Source of the DNA: Macrostomum lignano
Lineage: Eukaryota
Length of the DNA: 40,153 bases
Direction: 5' to 3'
Assembly (NCBI GenBank): GCA_002269645.1
Contig: NIVC01001479.1
Location: 1 to 40,153, forward strand
Shown here: positions 22,487 through 35,475 of the stretch, piece by piece
How positions within the stretch are numbered: position 1 is the stretch's first letter
Layout: each line of letters opens with the position of its first letter
The notes under the pieces: model-generated
Databases searched by the model: none
Told to the model about the DNA's origin: nothing
Seen by the model: the letters and a program-made list of their open reading frames with translations, nothing else
Translations under genes and position numbers: made by a program

Positions 22487-25400
22487 TCTAACAAGTGGCT
22501 CTGTCTGTCTAACAAGTGGCTCTCTCTGTCTAACAAGTGGCTCTCTCTCTCTCTGTCTAACAAGTGGCTCTCTCTCTCTCTGTCTAACAAGTGGCTCTCT
22601 CTGTCTAACAAGTGGCTCTCTCTGTCTAACAAGTGGCTCTCTCTCTGTCTAACAAGTGGCTCTCTCTCTGTCTAACAAGTGGCTCTCTCTCTGTCTAACA
22701 AGTGGCTCTCTCTCTGTCTAACAAGTGGCTCTCTCTCTGTCTAACAAGTGGCTCTCTCTGTCTAACAAGTGGCTCTCTCTCTCTCTCTGTCTAACAAGTG
22801 GCTCTCTCTCTCTCTGTCTAACAAGTGGCTCTCTCTGTCTAACAAGTGGCTCTCTCTCTCTCTGTCTAACAAGTGGCTCTCTCTGTCTAACAAGTGGCTC
22901 TCTCTGTCTAACAAATGACTCTCTCTGTCTAACAAGTGGCTCTCTCTGTCTAACAAGTGGCTCTCTCTGTCTAACAAGTGGCTCTCTCTGTCTAACAAGT
23001 GGCTCTCTCTGTCTAACAAGTGGCTCTCTCTCTCTCTCTGTCTAACAAGTGGCTCTCTCTGTCTAACAAGTGGCTCTCTCTGTCTAACAAGTGGCTCTCT
23101 CTGTCTAACAAGTGGCTCTCTCTGTCTAACAAGTGGCTCTCTCTCTCTCTCTCTGTCTAACAAGTGGCTCTCTCTGTCTAACAAGGGGCTCTCTCTCTCT
23201 CTCTGTCTAACAAGTGGCTCTCTCTCTCTCTCTGTCTAACAAGTGGCTCTCTCTGTCTAACAAGTGGCTCTCTCTCTCTCTCTCTGTCTAACAAGTGGCT
23301 CTCTCTCTCTCTCTCTGTCTAACAAGTGGCTCTCTCTGTCTAACAAGTGGCTCTCTCTGTCTAACAAGTGGCTCTCTCTGTCTAACAAGTGGCTCTCTCT
23401 GTCTAACAAGTGGCTCTCTCTGTCTAACAAGTGGCTCTCTCTGTCTAACAAGTGGCTCTCTCTGTCTAACAAGTGGCTCTCTCTCTCTCTCTCTGTCTAA
23501 CAAGTGGCTCTCTCTGTCTAACAAGTGGCTCTCTCTCTCTCTCTGTCTAACAAGTGGCTCTCTCTCTCTCTCTGTCTAACAAGTGGCTCTCTCTGTCTAA
23601 CAAGTGGCTCTCTCTCTCTCTCTGTCTAACAAGTGGCTCTCTCTCTCTCTCTGTCTAACAAGTGGCTCTCTCTGTCTAACAAGTGGCTCTCTCTGTCTAA
23701 CAAGTGGCTCTCTCTGTCTAACAAGTGGCTCTCTCTGTCTAACAAGTGGCTCTCTCTGTCTAACAAGTGGCTCTCTCTGTCTAACAAGTGGCTCTCTCTG
23801 TCTAACAAGTGGCTCTCTCTGTCTAACAAATGACTCTCTCTGTCTAACAAGTGGCTCTCTCTGTCTAACAAGTGGCTCTCTCTGTCTAACAAGTGGCTCT
23901 CTCTGTCTAACAAGTGGCTCTCTCTGTCTAACAAGTGGCTCTCTCTCTCTCTCTGTCTAACAAGTGGCTCTCTCTCTCTCTCTCTCTGTCTAACAAGTGG
24001 CTCTCTCTGTCTAACAAGTGGCTCTCTCTGTCTAACAAGTGGCTCTCTCTCTCTCTCTCTGTCTAACAAGTGGCTCTCTCTGTCTAACAAGTGGCTCTCT
24101 CTCTCTCTCTGTCTAACAAGTGGCTCTCTCTCTCTCTCTGTCTAACAAGTGGCTCTCTCTGTCTAACAAGTGGCTCTCTCTCTCTCTCTGTCTAACAAGT
24201 GGCTCTCTCTGTCTAACAAGTGGCTCTCTCTGTCTAACAAATGACTCTCTCTGTCTAACAAGTGGCTCTCTCTGTCTAACAAGTGGCTCTCTCTGTCTAA
24301 CAAGTGGCTCTCTCTGTCTAACAAGTGGCTCTCTCTGTCTAACAAGTGGCTCTCTCTCTCTCTCTGTCTAACAAGTGGCTCTCTCTGTCTAACAAGTGGC
24401 TCTCTCTGTCTAACAAGTGGCTCTCTCTGTCTAACAAGTGGCTCTCTCTGTCTAACAAGTGGCTCTCTCTCTCTCTCTCTGTCTAACAAGTGGCTCTCTC
24501 TGTCTAACAAGGGGCTCTCTCTCTCTCTCTGTCTAACAAGTGGCTCTCTCTCTCTCTCTGTCTAACAAGTGGCTCTCTCTGTCTAACAAGTGGCTCTCTC
24601 TCTCTCTCTCTGTCTAACAAGTGGCTCTCTCTCTCTCTCTGTCTAACAAGTGGCTCTCTCTGTCTAACAAGTGGCTCTCTCTGTCTAACAAGTGGCTCTC
24701 TCTGTCTAACAAGTGGCTCTCTCTGTCTAACAAGTGGCTCTCTCTGTCTAACAAGTGGCTCTCTCTGTCTAACAAGTGGCTCTCTCTGTCTAACAAGTGG
24801 CTCTCTCTCTCTCTCTCTGTCTAACAAGTGGCTCTCTCTGTCTAACAAGTGGCTCTCTCTCTCTCTCTGTCTAACAAGTGGCTCTCTCTCTCTCTCTGTC
24901 TAACAAGTGGCTCTCTCTGTCTAACAAGTGGCTCTCTCTCTCTCTCTGTCTAACAAGTGGCTCTCTCTCTCTCTCTGTCTAACAAGTGGCTCTCTCTGTC
25001 TAACAAGTGGCTCTCTCTGTCTAACAAGTGGCTCTCTCTGTCTAACAAGTGGCTCTCTCTGTCTAACAAGTGGCTCTCTCTGTCTAACAAGTGGCTCTCT
25101 CTGTCTAACAAGTGGCTCTCTCTGTCTAACAAGTGGCTCTCTCTGTCTAACAAATGACTCTCTCTGTCTAACAAGTGGCTCTCTCTGTCTAACAAGTGGC
25201 TCTCTCTGTCTAACAAGTGGCTCTCTCTGTCTAACAAGTGGCTCTCTCTGTCTAACAAGTGGCTCTCTCTCTCTCTCTGTCTAACAAGTGGCTCTCTCTC
25301 TCTCTCTCTCTGTCTAACAAGTGGCTCTCTCTGTCTAACAAGTGGCTCTCTCTGTCTAACAAGTGGCTCTCTCTCTCTCTCTCTGTCTAACAAGTGGCTC

Positions 25401-26283
25401 TCTCTGTCTAACAAGTGGCTCTCTCTCTCTCTCTGTCTAACAAGTGGCTCTCTCTCTCTCTCTGTCTAACAAGTGGCTCTCTCTGTCTAACAAGTGGCTC
25501 TCTCTCTCTCTCTGTCTAACAAGTGGCTCTCTCTCTCTCTCTCTGTCTAACAAGTGGCTCTCTCTGTCTAACGGTGGCTCTCTCTGTCTAACAAGTGGCT
25601 CTCTCTGTCTAACAAGTGGCTCTCTCTGTCTAACAAGTGGCTCTCTCTGTCTAACAAGTGGCTCTCTCTGTCTAACAAGTGGCTCTCTCTGTCTAACAAG
25701 TGGCTCTCTCTCTCTCTCTGTCTAACAAGTGGCTCTCTCTGTCTAACAAGTGGCTCTCTCTGTCTAACAAGTGGCTCTCTCTGTCTAACAAGTGGCTCTC
25801 TCTGTCTAACAAGTGGCTCTCTCTCTCTCTCTCTGTCTAACAAGTGGCTCTCTCTGTCTAACAAGTGGCTCTCTCTCTCTCTCTGTCTAACAAGTGGCTC
25901 TCTCTCTCTCTCTGTCTAACAAGTGGCTCTCTCTGTCTAACAAGTGGCTCTCTCTCTCTCTCTCTGTCTAACAAGTGGCTCTCTCTCTCTCTCTCTGTCT
26001 AACAAGTGGCTCTCTCTGTCTAACAAGTGGCTCTCTCTGTCTAACAAGTGGCTCTCTCTGTCTAACAAGTGGCTCTCTCTGTCTAACAAGTGGCTCTCTC
26101 TGTCTAACAAGTGGCTCTCTCTGTCTAACAAGTGGCTCTCTCTGTCTAACAAGTGGCTCTCTCTGTCTAACAAGTGGCTCTCTCTGTCTAACAAGTGGCT
26201 CTCTCTGTCTAACAAGTGGCTCTCTCTGTCTAACAAGTGGCTCTCTCTGTCTAACAAGTGGCTCTCTCTGTCTAACAAGTGGC
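22487..26283. repeat. Compound minisatellite GTCTAACAAGTGG(CT)n, 21-33-bp units, about 3.8 kb
   Basis: Constant 13-bp core plus a variable CT run; contains a higher-order duplication of about 1325 bp. Confidence 0.98.
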
Positions 26284-26709
26284 ACTTCAAATCTAAGAAA
26301 TGATGCTTCAATTTTTAACTAAGCCCTTTCGTATAAAAACTTTAGAGCTAAAAAAATTCAATTTAATTTTTGCCAGTCTCTCATTTTTTCTGTTGTTTCT
26401 AACATCGTAAAACTTTTGGGGAAGGGACAACTCCAACGCGGAGCCCGCAGCCTCCTCAGCGCGCAGTTTGTTGCTGTAAATTTTTCTGACTGCAATTTCG
26501 TCCTCATCCATCAGCTGCTGATTTGAATAGCGGCTAGAACTAAAGGCTCACAATTTTTTTCATAACTTTTTTGTCCTGTTTGTCTTCAAATTTTGATGGA
26601 GCAGGCGCTTGGGGAGGCTGCAGATAGAATTATTGATTAGCGCGAGCAGTGGAATGATTGAATATAGTACGTACGCAGCCTGTCAGCCCATCCTCAGAGA
26701 TGAGCCGGG

Positions 26710-26770
26710 TCTAAGGTTAGGGTTAGGGCTAGGACTATGTTTAGGTTTAGGGTTGAAGTTAGGGTTTAAG
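26710..26770 (+). repeat. Short degenerate interstitial TTAGGG-like tract
   Basis: aaggttagggttagggctaggactatgtttaggtttagggttgaagttaggg. Confidence 0.6.
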
Positions 26771-26844
26771 CATGGACCCCTAGAAGCTGTACTGACTCTT
26801 TCTTTAAATGTATAACTTTGATTTTACGAGCTATTAATAATAAC

Positions 26845-27048
26845 CCATTACACCTGGCCTAACGGGCAGATGTGCAGCCGACAGCTCAGTCGCAGCTATT
26901 GCCCGGCGCACCTGAAGGCTGCGTACGGCTGTTCAGTTCAAGGACACACACCCTCAATCACCCCAGCTAATGCTGGCACCCATTTTACAGCCGGGTGAAA
27001 CTGAAGCAATGCAGAGTGAAGTGTCTTGCTCAAGGACACTAATTGTTC
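26845..27048 (-). mobile_element. SINE body lacking the tRNA head (same family as 29221-29503)
   Basis: Near-identical to 29237-29427 (tacacctggcctaacgggcagatgtgca...gtgtcttgctcaaggacac); similarity stops just before the B box. Confidence 0.75.
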
Positions 27049-27874
27049 TTGAATTGAAAACACTTTTTCCATCTGCTCAGATTCAATCAATCGCGATATT
27101 AATATTATAATAAATTTTATTAGCAAAGAGCGACATTCCAGCAGATTCTACTATGAGTAGGCTGGAAGAATATTATCAGCTGATTGTCTTTGATAATAAT
27201 AAAGTAAATAAAAATCGACTATTTCAATATATCAGCCAGCTTTCTCAGATGACTCAACTCACCGGAAACTCAGCGATCAAAGCAGACCAGATGCAGAACT
27301 AATCGCAATGGTTAAACCTATTAAAAATCATTTCTGCAAATGTTTTTTTTCTGCTCCTAGAGGCCAGCTTTATATAGAAAAAAATCTCATTCAAGAACCT
27401 CTTTTTGTTAACCCGAGACGCAGTGTCAAAGGTGTGTGTGTTCAAACTCCGATCCACACATGCAGCTGATAAGATAGAGAGAACCAGGTTCACACAGGTG
27501 ACGAACTGTTATCTAACGGCATGATCAAATTCTAACCTCGTACTACTAAAAACACGCAGATGCGCAGTGTAAATCCACTGCTGCATTTCAGTCTGCGCTC
27601 TGTGCCTGAATGTACCGCCTCTCTGAGCAACCCAATTACTGCGAGTGCTACTGTAGAAATTACACAGTCATAGAGCTAATGCAATAAATATAATAAACCT
27701 TTTTTCTCTTTTTTTGGGGTGCAGAAAACTAGGTCACAGTGATAATACATGTAGATATCAAGCAAATAGCAAACTCACTGATAAAATCTTACTCGATACT
27801 AATGCCTGATAAACATTTCTCCCCCTATTATTCAGAATCGGCAGCCTGTACTCCGAATGGGAGGCTGGTGGCGG

Positions 27875-28680
27875 ATCAGCAACTGAGGATCTGGGAGGCT
27901 GGCCCAGCAACTGAGGATCTGGGAGGCTGGCCCAGCAACTGAGGATCTGGGAGGCTGGCCCAGCAACTGAGGATCTGGGAGGCTGGCCCAGCAACTGAGG
28001 ATCTGGGAGGCTGGCCCAGCAACTGAGGATCTGAAGGCTGACCCAGCAACTGAGGATCTGGGAGGCTGGCCCAGCAACTGAGGATCTGGGAGGCTGGCCC
28101 AGCAACTGAGGATCTGGGAGGCTGTGGCCCAGCAACTGAGGATCTGGGAGGCTGGCCCAGCAACTGAGGATTTGGGAGGCTGGCCCAGCAACTGAGTATC
28201 TGGGAGGATGGCCCAGCAACTGAGGATCTGGGAGGCTGGCCCAGCAACTGAGGATCTGGGAGGCTGGCCCAGCAACTGAGGATCTGGGAGGCTGTGGCCC
28301 AGCAACTGAGGATCTGGGAGGCTGGCCCAGCAACTGAGGATTTGGGAGGCTGGCCCAGCAACTGAGTATCTGGGAGGATGGCCCAGCAACTGAGGATCTG
28401 GGAGGCTGGCCCAGCAAATGAGGATCTGGGAGGCTGGCCCAGCAACTGGGGATCTGGGAGGCTGGCCCAGCAACTGAGGATCTGGGAGGCTGGCCCAGCA
28501 ACTGGGGATCTGGGAGGCTGGACCAGGAACTGAGGATCTGGAGGCTGTGGCCCAGCAACTGACGCTCTGGGAGGCTGGCCCAGCAACTGACACTCTGGAG
28601 GCTGGCGCAGCAACTGGGGATCTGGGAACCTGGTCTAGCAACTGAGGATCTGGGAGGCTGGCCAAGCAACTGAGGATCTG
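27875..28680. repeat. 28-bp minisatellite (CCCAGCAACTGAGGATCTGGGAGGCTGG)
   Basis: About 29 units, with an internal ~170-bp duplication marked by the gctgtggccc variant near 28121 and 28291. Confidence 0.97.
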
Positions 28681-29220
28681 GCATGCCTGAAGCGCGAGTA
28701 AATAACGTGAAGCAAGAGAACATCTCAAAGGATTATGGATCGAACCAACGGAGTCACTAAGCACAAACAGTGCTATAATCCTAAACACAGTGCACAATAT
28801 ATTCTCATTCAACATTGAACATGAATAAAAAACGAGGAATTAAAAAATCTAGAATTTGTTCAACATTCACTTTCAAGCTACTGCAAGTAGAAAGGATGAT
28901 AAAATATGCACGTGAAAAACGTTCGTGAAAAAAAAGAAAAAAAGGTTGCATTTTTATGCTAAAGCAACTAATTTTAAATTGTGAATTTTTCTCTGATAAA
29001 AATGATGAGATATGATTGCCCGATGATTGCAGACATACAGCGCAGTGCAGAAACTTTGGTGCAAAATGCGACTCAAAAAGCAAAAAGTTTAATGAATAAA
29101 TATGAACTACTACAGAAAATTCGAACAGATTAAATGATTGAAGATTCCGCCGCGTCAAAATGAGGTAGATTTTTGTAGACACCTTTAATGCAAATCTGTA
29201 ACAAGTTTGGACAAAATAAT

Positions 29221-29503
29221 AATTATTATTTTTTATTACACCTGGCCTAACGGGCAGATGTGCAACCGACAGCTCAACCGCAGCCATTGCGCGGCGCATC
29301 TGAAGGCTGCGTACGGCTGTTCAGTCCAAGGACTGGGGGGTCGCCACACATACCCTTAGTTACCCCAGCTAATGCTGGCACCCATTTTTACAGAGTTAAG
29401 TGTCTTGCTCAAGGACACAAATTGTTCCGACTTCGTCGAGAATCGAACCCCCGACTTTCAAGTCGTGATTTCGATGCTAGCTTACCACTAGGTACAACCC
29501 CTC
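29221..29503 (-). mobile_element. tRNA-derived SINE, near full length
   Basis: Minus strand: A-box-like TACCTAGTGGTAAG, B box GGTTCGATTC (29449-29440), central GTGTCCTTGAGCAAGACACTT and AAATGGGTGCCAGC motifs as in widespread metazoan SINE cores, and a TAA-rich tail. Second copy at 26845-27048. Confidence 0.8.
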
Positions 29504-29565
29504 TTTTAGAGAAAATACAAACTAAGAAAAAATAGAAAAATACGAAGGGGTCTGCCGCGATCCTT

Positions 29566-30660
29566 GTTGGTAGATACCCAGCTACCCCCTGCTCTATGGA
29601 TTGTAGATACCCAGCTACCCCCTGCTCTATGGATTGTAGCTACCCAGCTACCCCCTGCTCTATGGATTGTAGCTACCCAGCTAACCACTGCTCTATGGAT
29701 TGTAGATACCCAGCTACCCCCTGCTCTATGGATTGTAGCTACCCAGCTACCCCCTGCTCTATGGATTGTAGATACCCAGCTACCCCCTGCTCTATGGATT
29801 GTAGATACCCAGCTACCCCCTGCTCTATGGATTGTAGCTACCCAGCTACCCCCTGCTCTATGGATTGTAGATACCCAGCTACCCCCTGCTCTATGGATTG
29901 TAGCTACCCAGCTACCCCCTGCTCTATGGATTGTAGCTACCCAGCTACCCCCTGCTCTATGGATTGTAGATACCCAGCAACCCCCTGCTCTATGGATTGT
30001 AGATACCCAGCTACCCCCTGCCCTATGGATTGTAGATATCCAGCTACCCCCTGCTCTATGGATTGTAGCTACCCAGCTACCCCTGCTCTATGGATTGTAG
30101 CTACCCAGCTAACCACTGCTCTATGGATTGTAGATACCCAGCTAATGGATTGTAGATACCCAGCTACCCCCTGCCCTATGGATTGTAGATATCCAGCTAC
30201 CCCCTGCTCTATGGATTGTAGCTACCCAGCTACCCCCTGCTCTATGGATTGTAGCTACCCAGCTAACCACTGCTCTATGGATTGTAGATACCCAGCTAAT
30301 GGATTGTAGATACCCAGCTACCCACTGCCCTATGGATTGTAGATACCCAGCTACCCCCTGCTCTATGGATTGTAGATACCCAGCTACCCCCTGCCCTATG
30401 GATTGTAGATATCCAGCTACCCCCTGCTCTATGGATTGTAGCTACCCAGCTACCCCCTGCTCTATGGATTGTAGCTACCCAGCTAACCACTGCTCTATGG
30501 ATTGTAGATACCCAGCTAATGGATTGTAGATACCCAGCTACCCACTGCCCTATGGATTGTAGATACCCAGCTACCCCCTGCTCTATGGATTGTAGATACC
30601 CAGCTACCCCCTGCTCTATGAATTGTAGATACCCAGCTACCCCCTGCCCAATGGATTGTA
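29566..30660. repeat. 33-bp minisatellite (TGGATTGTAGATACCCAGCTACCCCCTGCTCTA)
   Basis: About 33 units; 11-aa periodicity in the overlapping ORFs. Confidence 0.97.
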
Positions 30661-31144
30661 ATAATTACGTGAATACCAAATACAGATTAAAGAGATTCCT
30701 TTAAAAATGCCCCCGGCACGTGTAAAAGTGCATAGCTTAATAAATATGATTAGTAAAAAAGAAAGTACACTCAAAAATGCATTATTGATTGAACAAAAAA
30801 CTTGAATTTAGATTCGAGAAAGCGAGAAGTGCAGTTAATAGAAGGAATTGAATGTTATTTCAATTATGCTAAGCAAAGAAAACACAGTTAACTACAAACA
30901 GGAACTAGTAGATAGAGTTTGTACACTATCTAACCAATAACTATTAGCATAAAATAATTTTAACAACTGTTCAAGACCACAAATCAACTTTTGCCTGATA
31001 CTTATATCCGCATTGATTATATGATATGACTGTGTGGACATTAATTAGTAAATTGAAATAAAAAGCTACGTATAAATACACAGATCAGGTGCGAATTTTG
31101 AGCAGACATCACTGGATACCAAAGACAACCAAAGACAGCAGAGG

Positions 31145-32137
31145 CACAAGAGACACGAGAGATACGAGAGATACGAGAGACACAAGAGATACGAGAGACA
31201 CGAGAGATACGAGAGACACTAGAGAGACACGAGAGAGATACGAGAGATACGAGAGACACGAGAGACACGAGAGACACGAGAGATACGAGAGACACTAGAA
31301 AGACACGAGAGAGATACGAGAGATACGAGAGACACGAGAGATACGAGAGACACGAGAGACACGAGAGATATGAGAGACACGAGAGAGGCACAAGAGAGAC
31401 ACGAGAGACACGAGCGAGACAGGAGAGATACGAGAGACACGAGAGGGGCACGAGAGATACGAGAGACGCGAGAGACACGAGACAGGAGAGACACGAGGGA
31501 CACGAGAGAGGCACAAGAGAGACACGAGAGACACGAGAGAGGCACGAGAGAGACACGAGAGACACGAGAGAGGCACAAGAGAGACACGAGAGACACGAGA
31601 GAGGCACGAGAGAGACACGAGAGACACGAGAGAGGCACGAGAGAGACACGAGAGACACGAGAGAGGCACAAGAGAGACACGAGAGACACGAGAGAGGCAC
31701 GAGAGAGACACGAGAGACACGAGAGAGGCACAAGAGAGACACGAGAGGGGCACGAGAGATACGAGAGACGCGAGAGACACGAGACAGGAGAGACACGAGG
31801 GACACGAGAGAGGCACAAGAGAGACACGAGAGACACGAGAGAGGCACGAGAGAGACACGAGAGACACGAGAGAGGCACAAGAGAGACACGAGAGACACGA
31901 GAGAGGCACGAGAGAGACACGAGAGACACGAGAGAGGCACAAGAGAGACACGAGAGGGCACGAGAGATACGAGAGACGCGAGAGACACGAGACAGGAGAG
32001 ACACGAGGGACACGAGAGAGGCACAAGAGAGACACGAGAGACACGAGAGAGGCACGAGAGAGACACGAGAGACACGAGAGAGGCACAAGAGAGACACGAG
32101 AGACACGAGAGAGGCACAAGAGAGACACGAGAGACAG
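31145..32137. repeat. GA-rich 9-11-bp compound repeat (GAGAGACAC / GAGAGGCAC) with repeated internal blocks
   Basis: Directly visible; the gagacaggag variant recurs near 31478, 31781 and 31989. Confidence 0.95.
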
Positions 32138-32359
32138 AGCTACATTCAAATAAAATGAAGCTGCATGTTACAAGCTTTCACGGATTATTAGGTGAATTAG
32201 ATGGATCAAAATAGTCCAAAGAATTGGCAAAAGAAGGTTTTCAAACTGCCGGTGCAAACACAGGCCGCAACCTGCGCGGTCTGAAAACACAAGCTAGACT
32301 GGCATATTTTCGTATTCTTCTTCTACTAAAAGAATCAGTCAATAAATCAGCGATCAAAT

Positions 32360-32588
32360 TCAGAATCCAGGAGGCGGAGGCGGAGGTGACGTTGGTGTCA
32401 AAGCGCCATCGTTGATATTATTAATATTATTATTATTACTACTATTATTACTATTAGTAAAACTGCTAGTACTATAGTTGCTATTACTAACTGACTGCCC
32501 AGCACTGAATGAAGAAGCGGAGGAGGAAGATCCAAACGAACCGATGAATCTTCGGAAGGACAAGGACTGATAATGCTGCTGTTGCTGC

Positions 32589-32661
<73 letters not shown>

Positions 32662-33433
32662 AGAAGCGCCGATTCTGACTGCTGAGCAGGCGGCTGTTGC
32701 TATGAGGAGGCGGTGGAGGCGGCGGCGGCGGAGGCTCTGAGATCTGGCGCTGCCAGAACGGCACAGTCGGCGGCGGAACCGGGACGACTCCGGCAGTCGA
32801 CGCCGATGTCGATCCGGCAGAGGATGCTGAGGCGACAGCGGCGGCGGCTACGGCGGTCAGGTAGGCCGACGAGGAGAAATCGACGGAGGCCCGGCGCAGA
32901 GTTGCCGTGCCGCCGGCTGAGCGCAGCATTGAAGCCGACGAGGCGGCCATGGACAGACTCGACGGCGGTGGCGGCGGTGGTGGCAGCGGCAGCGGCGGCG
33001 GCGGCCTCGGTGGAGGAGTCGCGGCGACAACCGAGTGCGAAGTCTCCGTAGCAGCGGTGGTGGAGGCTGCCACGGCGGAGCTGCTGCTAGTCGATGAAAA
33101 CGAGAATTTTCGACGCCGAGCGGCGTTGCGTTGCAATTCGCCGAGGTTGGAGTAGACTGCCGGGGCTGGCAGACTCTGGTCCGGGTACAGCTGCTGCTGC
33201 TGCTGCTGCCGCTGCCTGTGCGGATGTCGGAGTCTGGGCTCATCCTGGTCGACGTCGTTTGCTGGCGGCGCCGCCACCGGCGTATCGCTGGTTGCCGACG
33301 TTGACGAAGTCACCGAGGCGGCGTCAGCTTCAGCATAGTCGGCTGAGTCGGCGACGGCGGCGGCTGCATCAGCGGCGACGCTGTTGGCGTTCTCTTGGTC
33401 GCCTTCGACAGCGTCGGTTGCTGGACGAAGATC
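32360..33433 (-). CDS. MTSS1: MTSS1/MIM-like terminal exon (low-complexity Ala/Pro/Ser/Gln tail)
   Basis: Acceptor tttttaaaccag|GAT (phase 0). Contains TATLRR and VVPVPPPTVP, resembling MTSS1 VATIRR and VIPVKTPTVP. Also poly-Pro tracts and Q28 (32576-32659). Stop TGA at 32362-32360. Confidence 0.75.
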
Positions 33434-33806
33434 CTGGTTTAAAAAGTGACGAAACAAACCCGCTTATTGATTTGAGAAATGCACGAATATAAAAACTGCC
33501 TCACGACTCTGAGGCGGCTCTGAGGCGACTCTTGTGTGGCTTTTGAACGACTCAACCGACTGCAATGCGATGGAGAGGCGACTGTTGAGTCACGCGAGTT
33601 GCAGAATCGTAAAAGAGGCGCAAAAAGTCGTCCAAGAATTGCCCTGTTAGCGCTTGACATTCTACTAACTCAAGTAGACTAAATAGAGTTGTTATAAATG
33701 CGAAATGCGAATCTGATTTCATAGATTCAACAGTCGTTAAAAAGTCACACAAGAGTCACCCCAGAGTCACACTAGAGCTACAATCCTTTCGAGCTGAAAA
33801 ACTCAC

Positions 33807-33997
33807 CTGGCTGATGAAGCCGCTGTCACTAGAGGAGGCCCCGACGCCGCTGCCAGTTCGGCGTGAGCCAGCAATCAGTCCCACCAGCGGGACAGCGCCG
33901 CTAACCCCGGCGCCACTGCCGGCGCGCACAGTAGATGAAGAGGAGATGCTGGAGCCGCAGCCGCCGATGGCGCCGTACAGGTCGGACTCTGCGCTAC
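33807..33997 (-). CDS. MTSS1: MTSS1/MIM-like exon with the conserved SDSGFISQ motif
   Basis: Acceptor ttttgcag|GT (phase 1), 191 nt open, ending ...ASSSDSGFISQ, which matches the MTSS1 SSHDSGFISQ motif. Donor CAG|GTGAGT (phase 0). Confidence 0.82.
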
Positions 33998-34064
33998 CTG
34001 CAAAATTTTAGAGCGTTTTCTATTTTTGAAATGGTAATGAAACTTCTTATCGTATTCAAATTCA

Positions 34065-35475
34065 GTCCCTGCTTGAGAGTCACTCCTGACCCGCTCCTAT
34101 ATTGAGAGTCACTCCTGACCCGCTGCTTTATTTGAAAGTCACTCCTGACTCATTCCCTGCTTGAGAGTCACTCCTGACCAACTCCCTGCTTGAGAGTCAC
34201 TCCTGACTCATTCCCTGCTTGAGAGTCACTCCTGACCCGCTGCTTTATTGAAAGTCACTCCTGACTCATTCCCTGCTTGAGAGTCACTCCTGACTCATTC
34301 CCTGCTTGAGAGTCACTCCTGACCCGCTGCTTTATTGAAAGTCACTCCTGACTCATTCCCTGCTTGAGAGTCACTCCTGACTCATTCCCTGCTTGAGAGT
34401 CACTCCTGACCCACTCCCTGCTTGAGAGTCACTTCCTGACCACTCCCTGCTTGAGAGTCACTCCTGACCGCTGCTTATTGAAAGTCACTCCTGACTCATT
34501 CCCTGCTTGAGAGTCACTCCTGACTCATTCCCTGCTTGAGAGTCACTCCTGACTCATTCCCTGCTTGAGAGTCACTCCTGACCCACTCCCTGCTTGAGAG
34601 TCACTTCCTGACCCACTCCCTGCTTGAGAGTCACTCCTGACCCGCTGCTTTATTGAAAGTCACTCCTGACTCATTCCCTGCTTGAGAGTCACTCCTGACT
34701 CATTCCCTGCTTGAGAGTCACTCCTGACCCACTCCCTGCTTGAGAGTCACTCCTGACTCATTCCCTGCTTGAGAGTCACTCCTGACCCACTCCCTGCTTG
34801 AGAGTCACTCCTGACCCACTCCCTGCTTGAGAGTCACTCCTGACTCATTCCCTGCTTGAGAGTCACTCCTGACCCACTCCCTGCTTGAGAGTCACTTCCT
34901 GACCCACTCCCTGCTTGAAAGTCACTCCTGACCCACTCCCTGCTTGAAAGTCACTCCTGACCCGCTCGCTGCTTGAGAGTCACTCCTGACCCGCTCCCTG
35001 CTTGAGAGTCACTCCTGACCCGCTCCCTGCTTGAGAGTCACTCCTGACCCGCTCGCTGCTTGAGAGTCACTCCTGACTCATTCCCTGCTTGAGAGTCACT
35101 CCTGACCCGCTCCCTGCTTGAGAGTCACTCCTGACCCACTCCCTGCTTGAAAGTCACTCCTGACCCGCTCGCTGCTTGAGAGTCACTCCTGACCCGCTCC
35201 CTGCTTGAGAGTCACTCCTGACCCGCTCCCTGCTTGAGAGTCACTCCTGACCCGCTCCCTGCTTGAGAGTCACTCCTGACCCGCTCCCTGCTTGAGAGTC
35301 ACTCCTGACCCGCTCCCTGCTTGAGAGTCACTCCTGACCCACTCCTTTATTGAGAGTTACTCCTGACCCGCTTCCTGCTTGAGAGTCACTCCTGACCCGC
35401 TCCCTGCTTGAGAGTCACTCCTGACCCGTTCCTTTATTAAGAGTCACTTCCGACCCGCTGCTGGAGAGTCACTCC
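34065..35475. repeat. 29-bp minisatellite (CTTGAGAGTCACTCCTGAC(C/T)C(A/G)(C/T)TCCCTG) in an MTSS-like intron
   Basis: About 48 units. Confidence 0.97.

Noticed and set aside
22487-26283. CRISPR-like array (constant core with variable spacers)
   Set aside because: The variable parts are only (CT)n runs, not unique spacers; there are no cas genes and the context is eukaryotic.
26308-26511. ORF MDEDEIAVRKIYSNKL... as an upstream Shab exon
   Set aside because: No homology and only weak splice signals; cannot be supported without transcripts.
22725-32158. Long ORFs such as (LDRESHL)n, (PDPQLLGQPPRSSVAG)n, (MDCRYPATPCS)n and (RDTRE)n
   Set aside because: They are translations of tandem repeats, open in several frames or on both strands, with no splice or homology support.
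32230-32285. Minus-strand gttttcag|...PRRLRPVFAPAV* as a cryptic WH2 exon
   Set aside because: Only an LRPV tetrapeptide is present; the amphipathic helix and NDRS motif are lacking.
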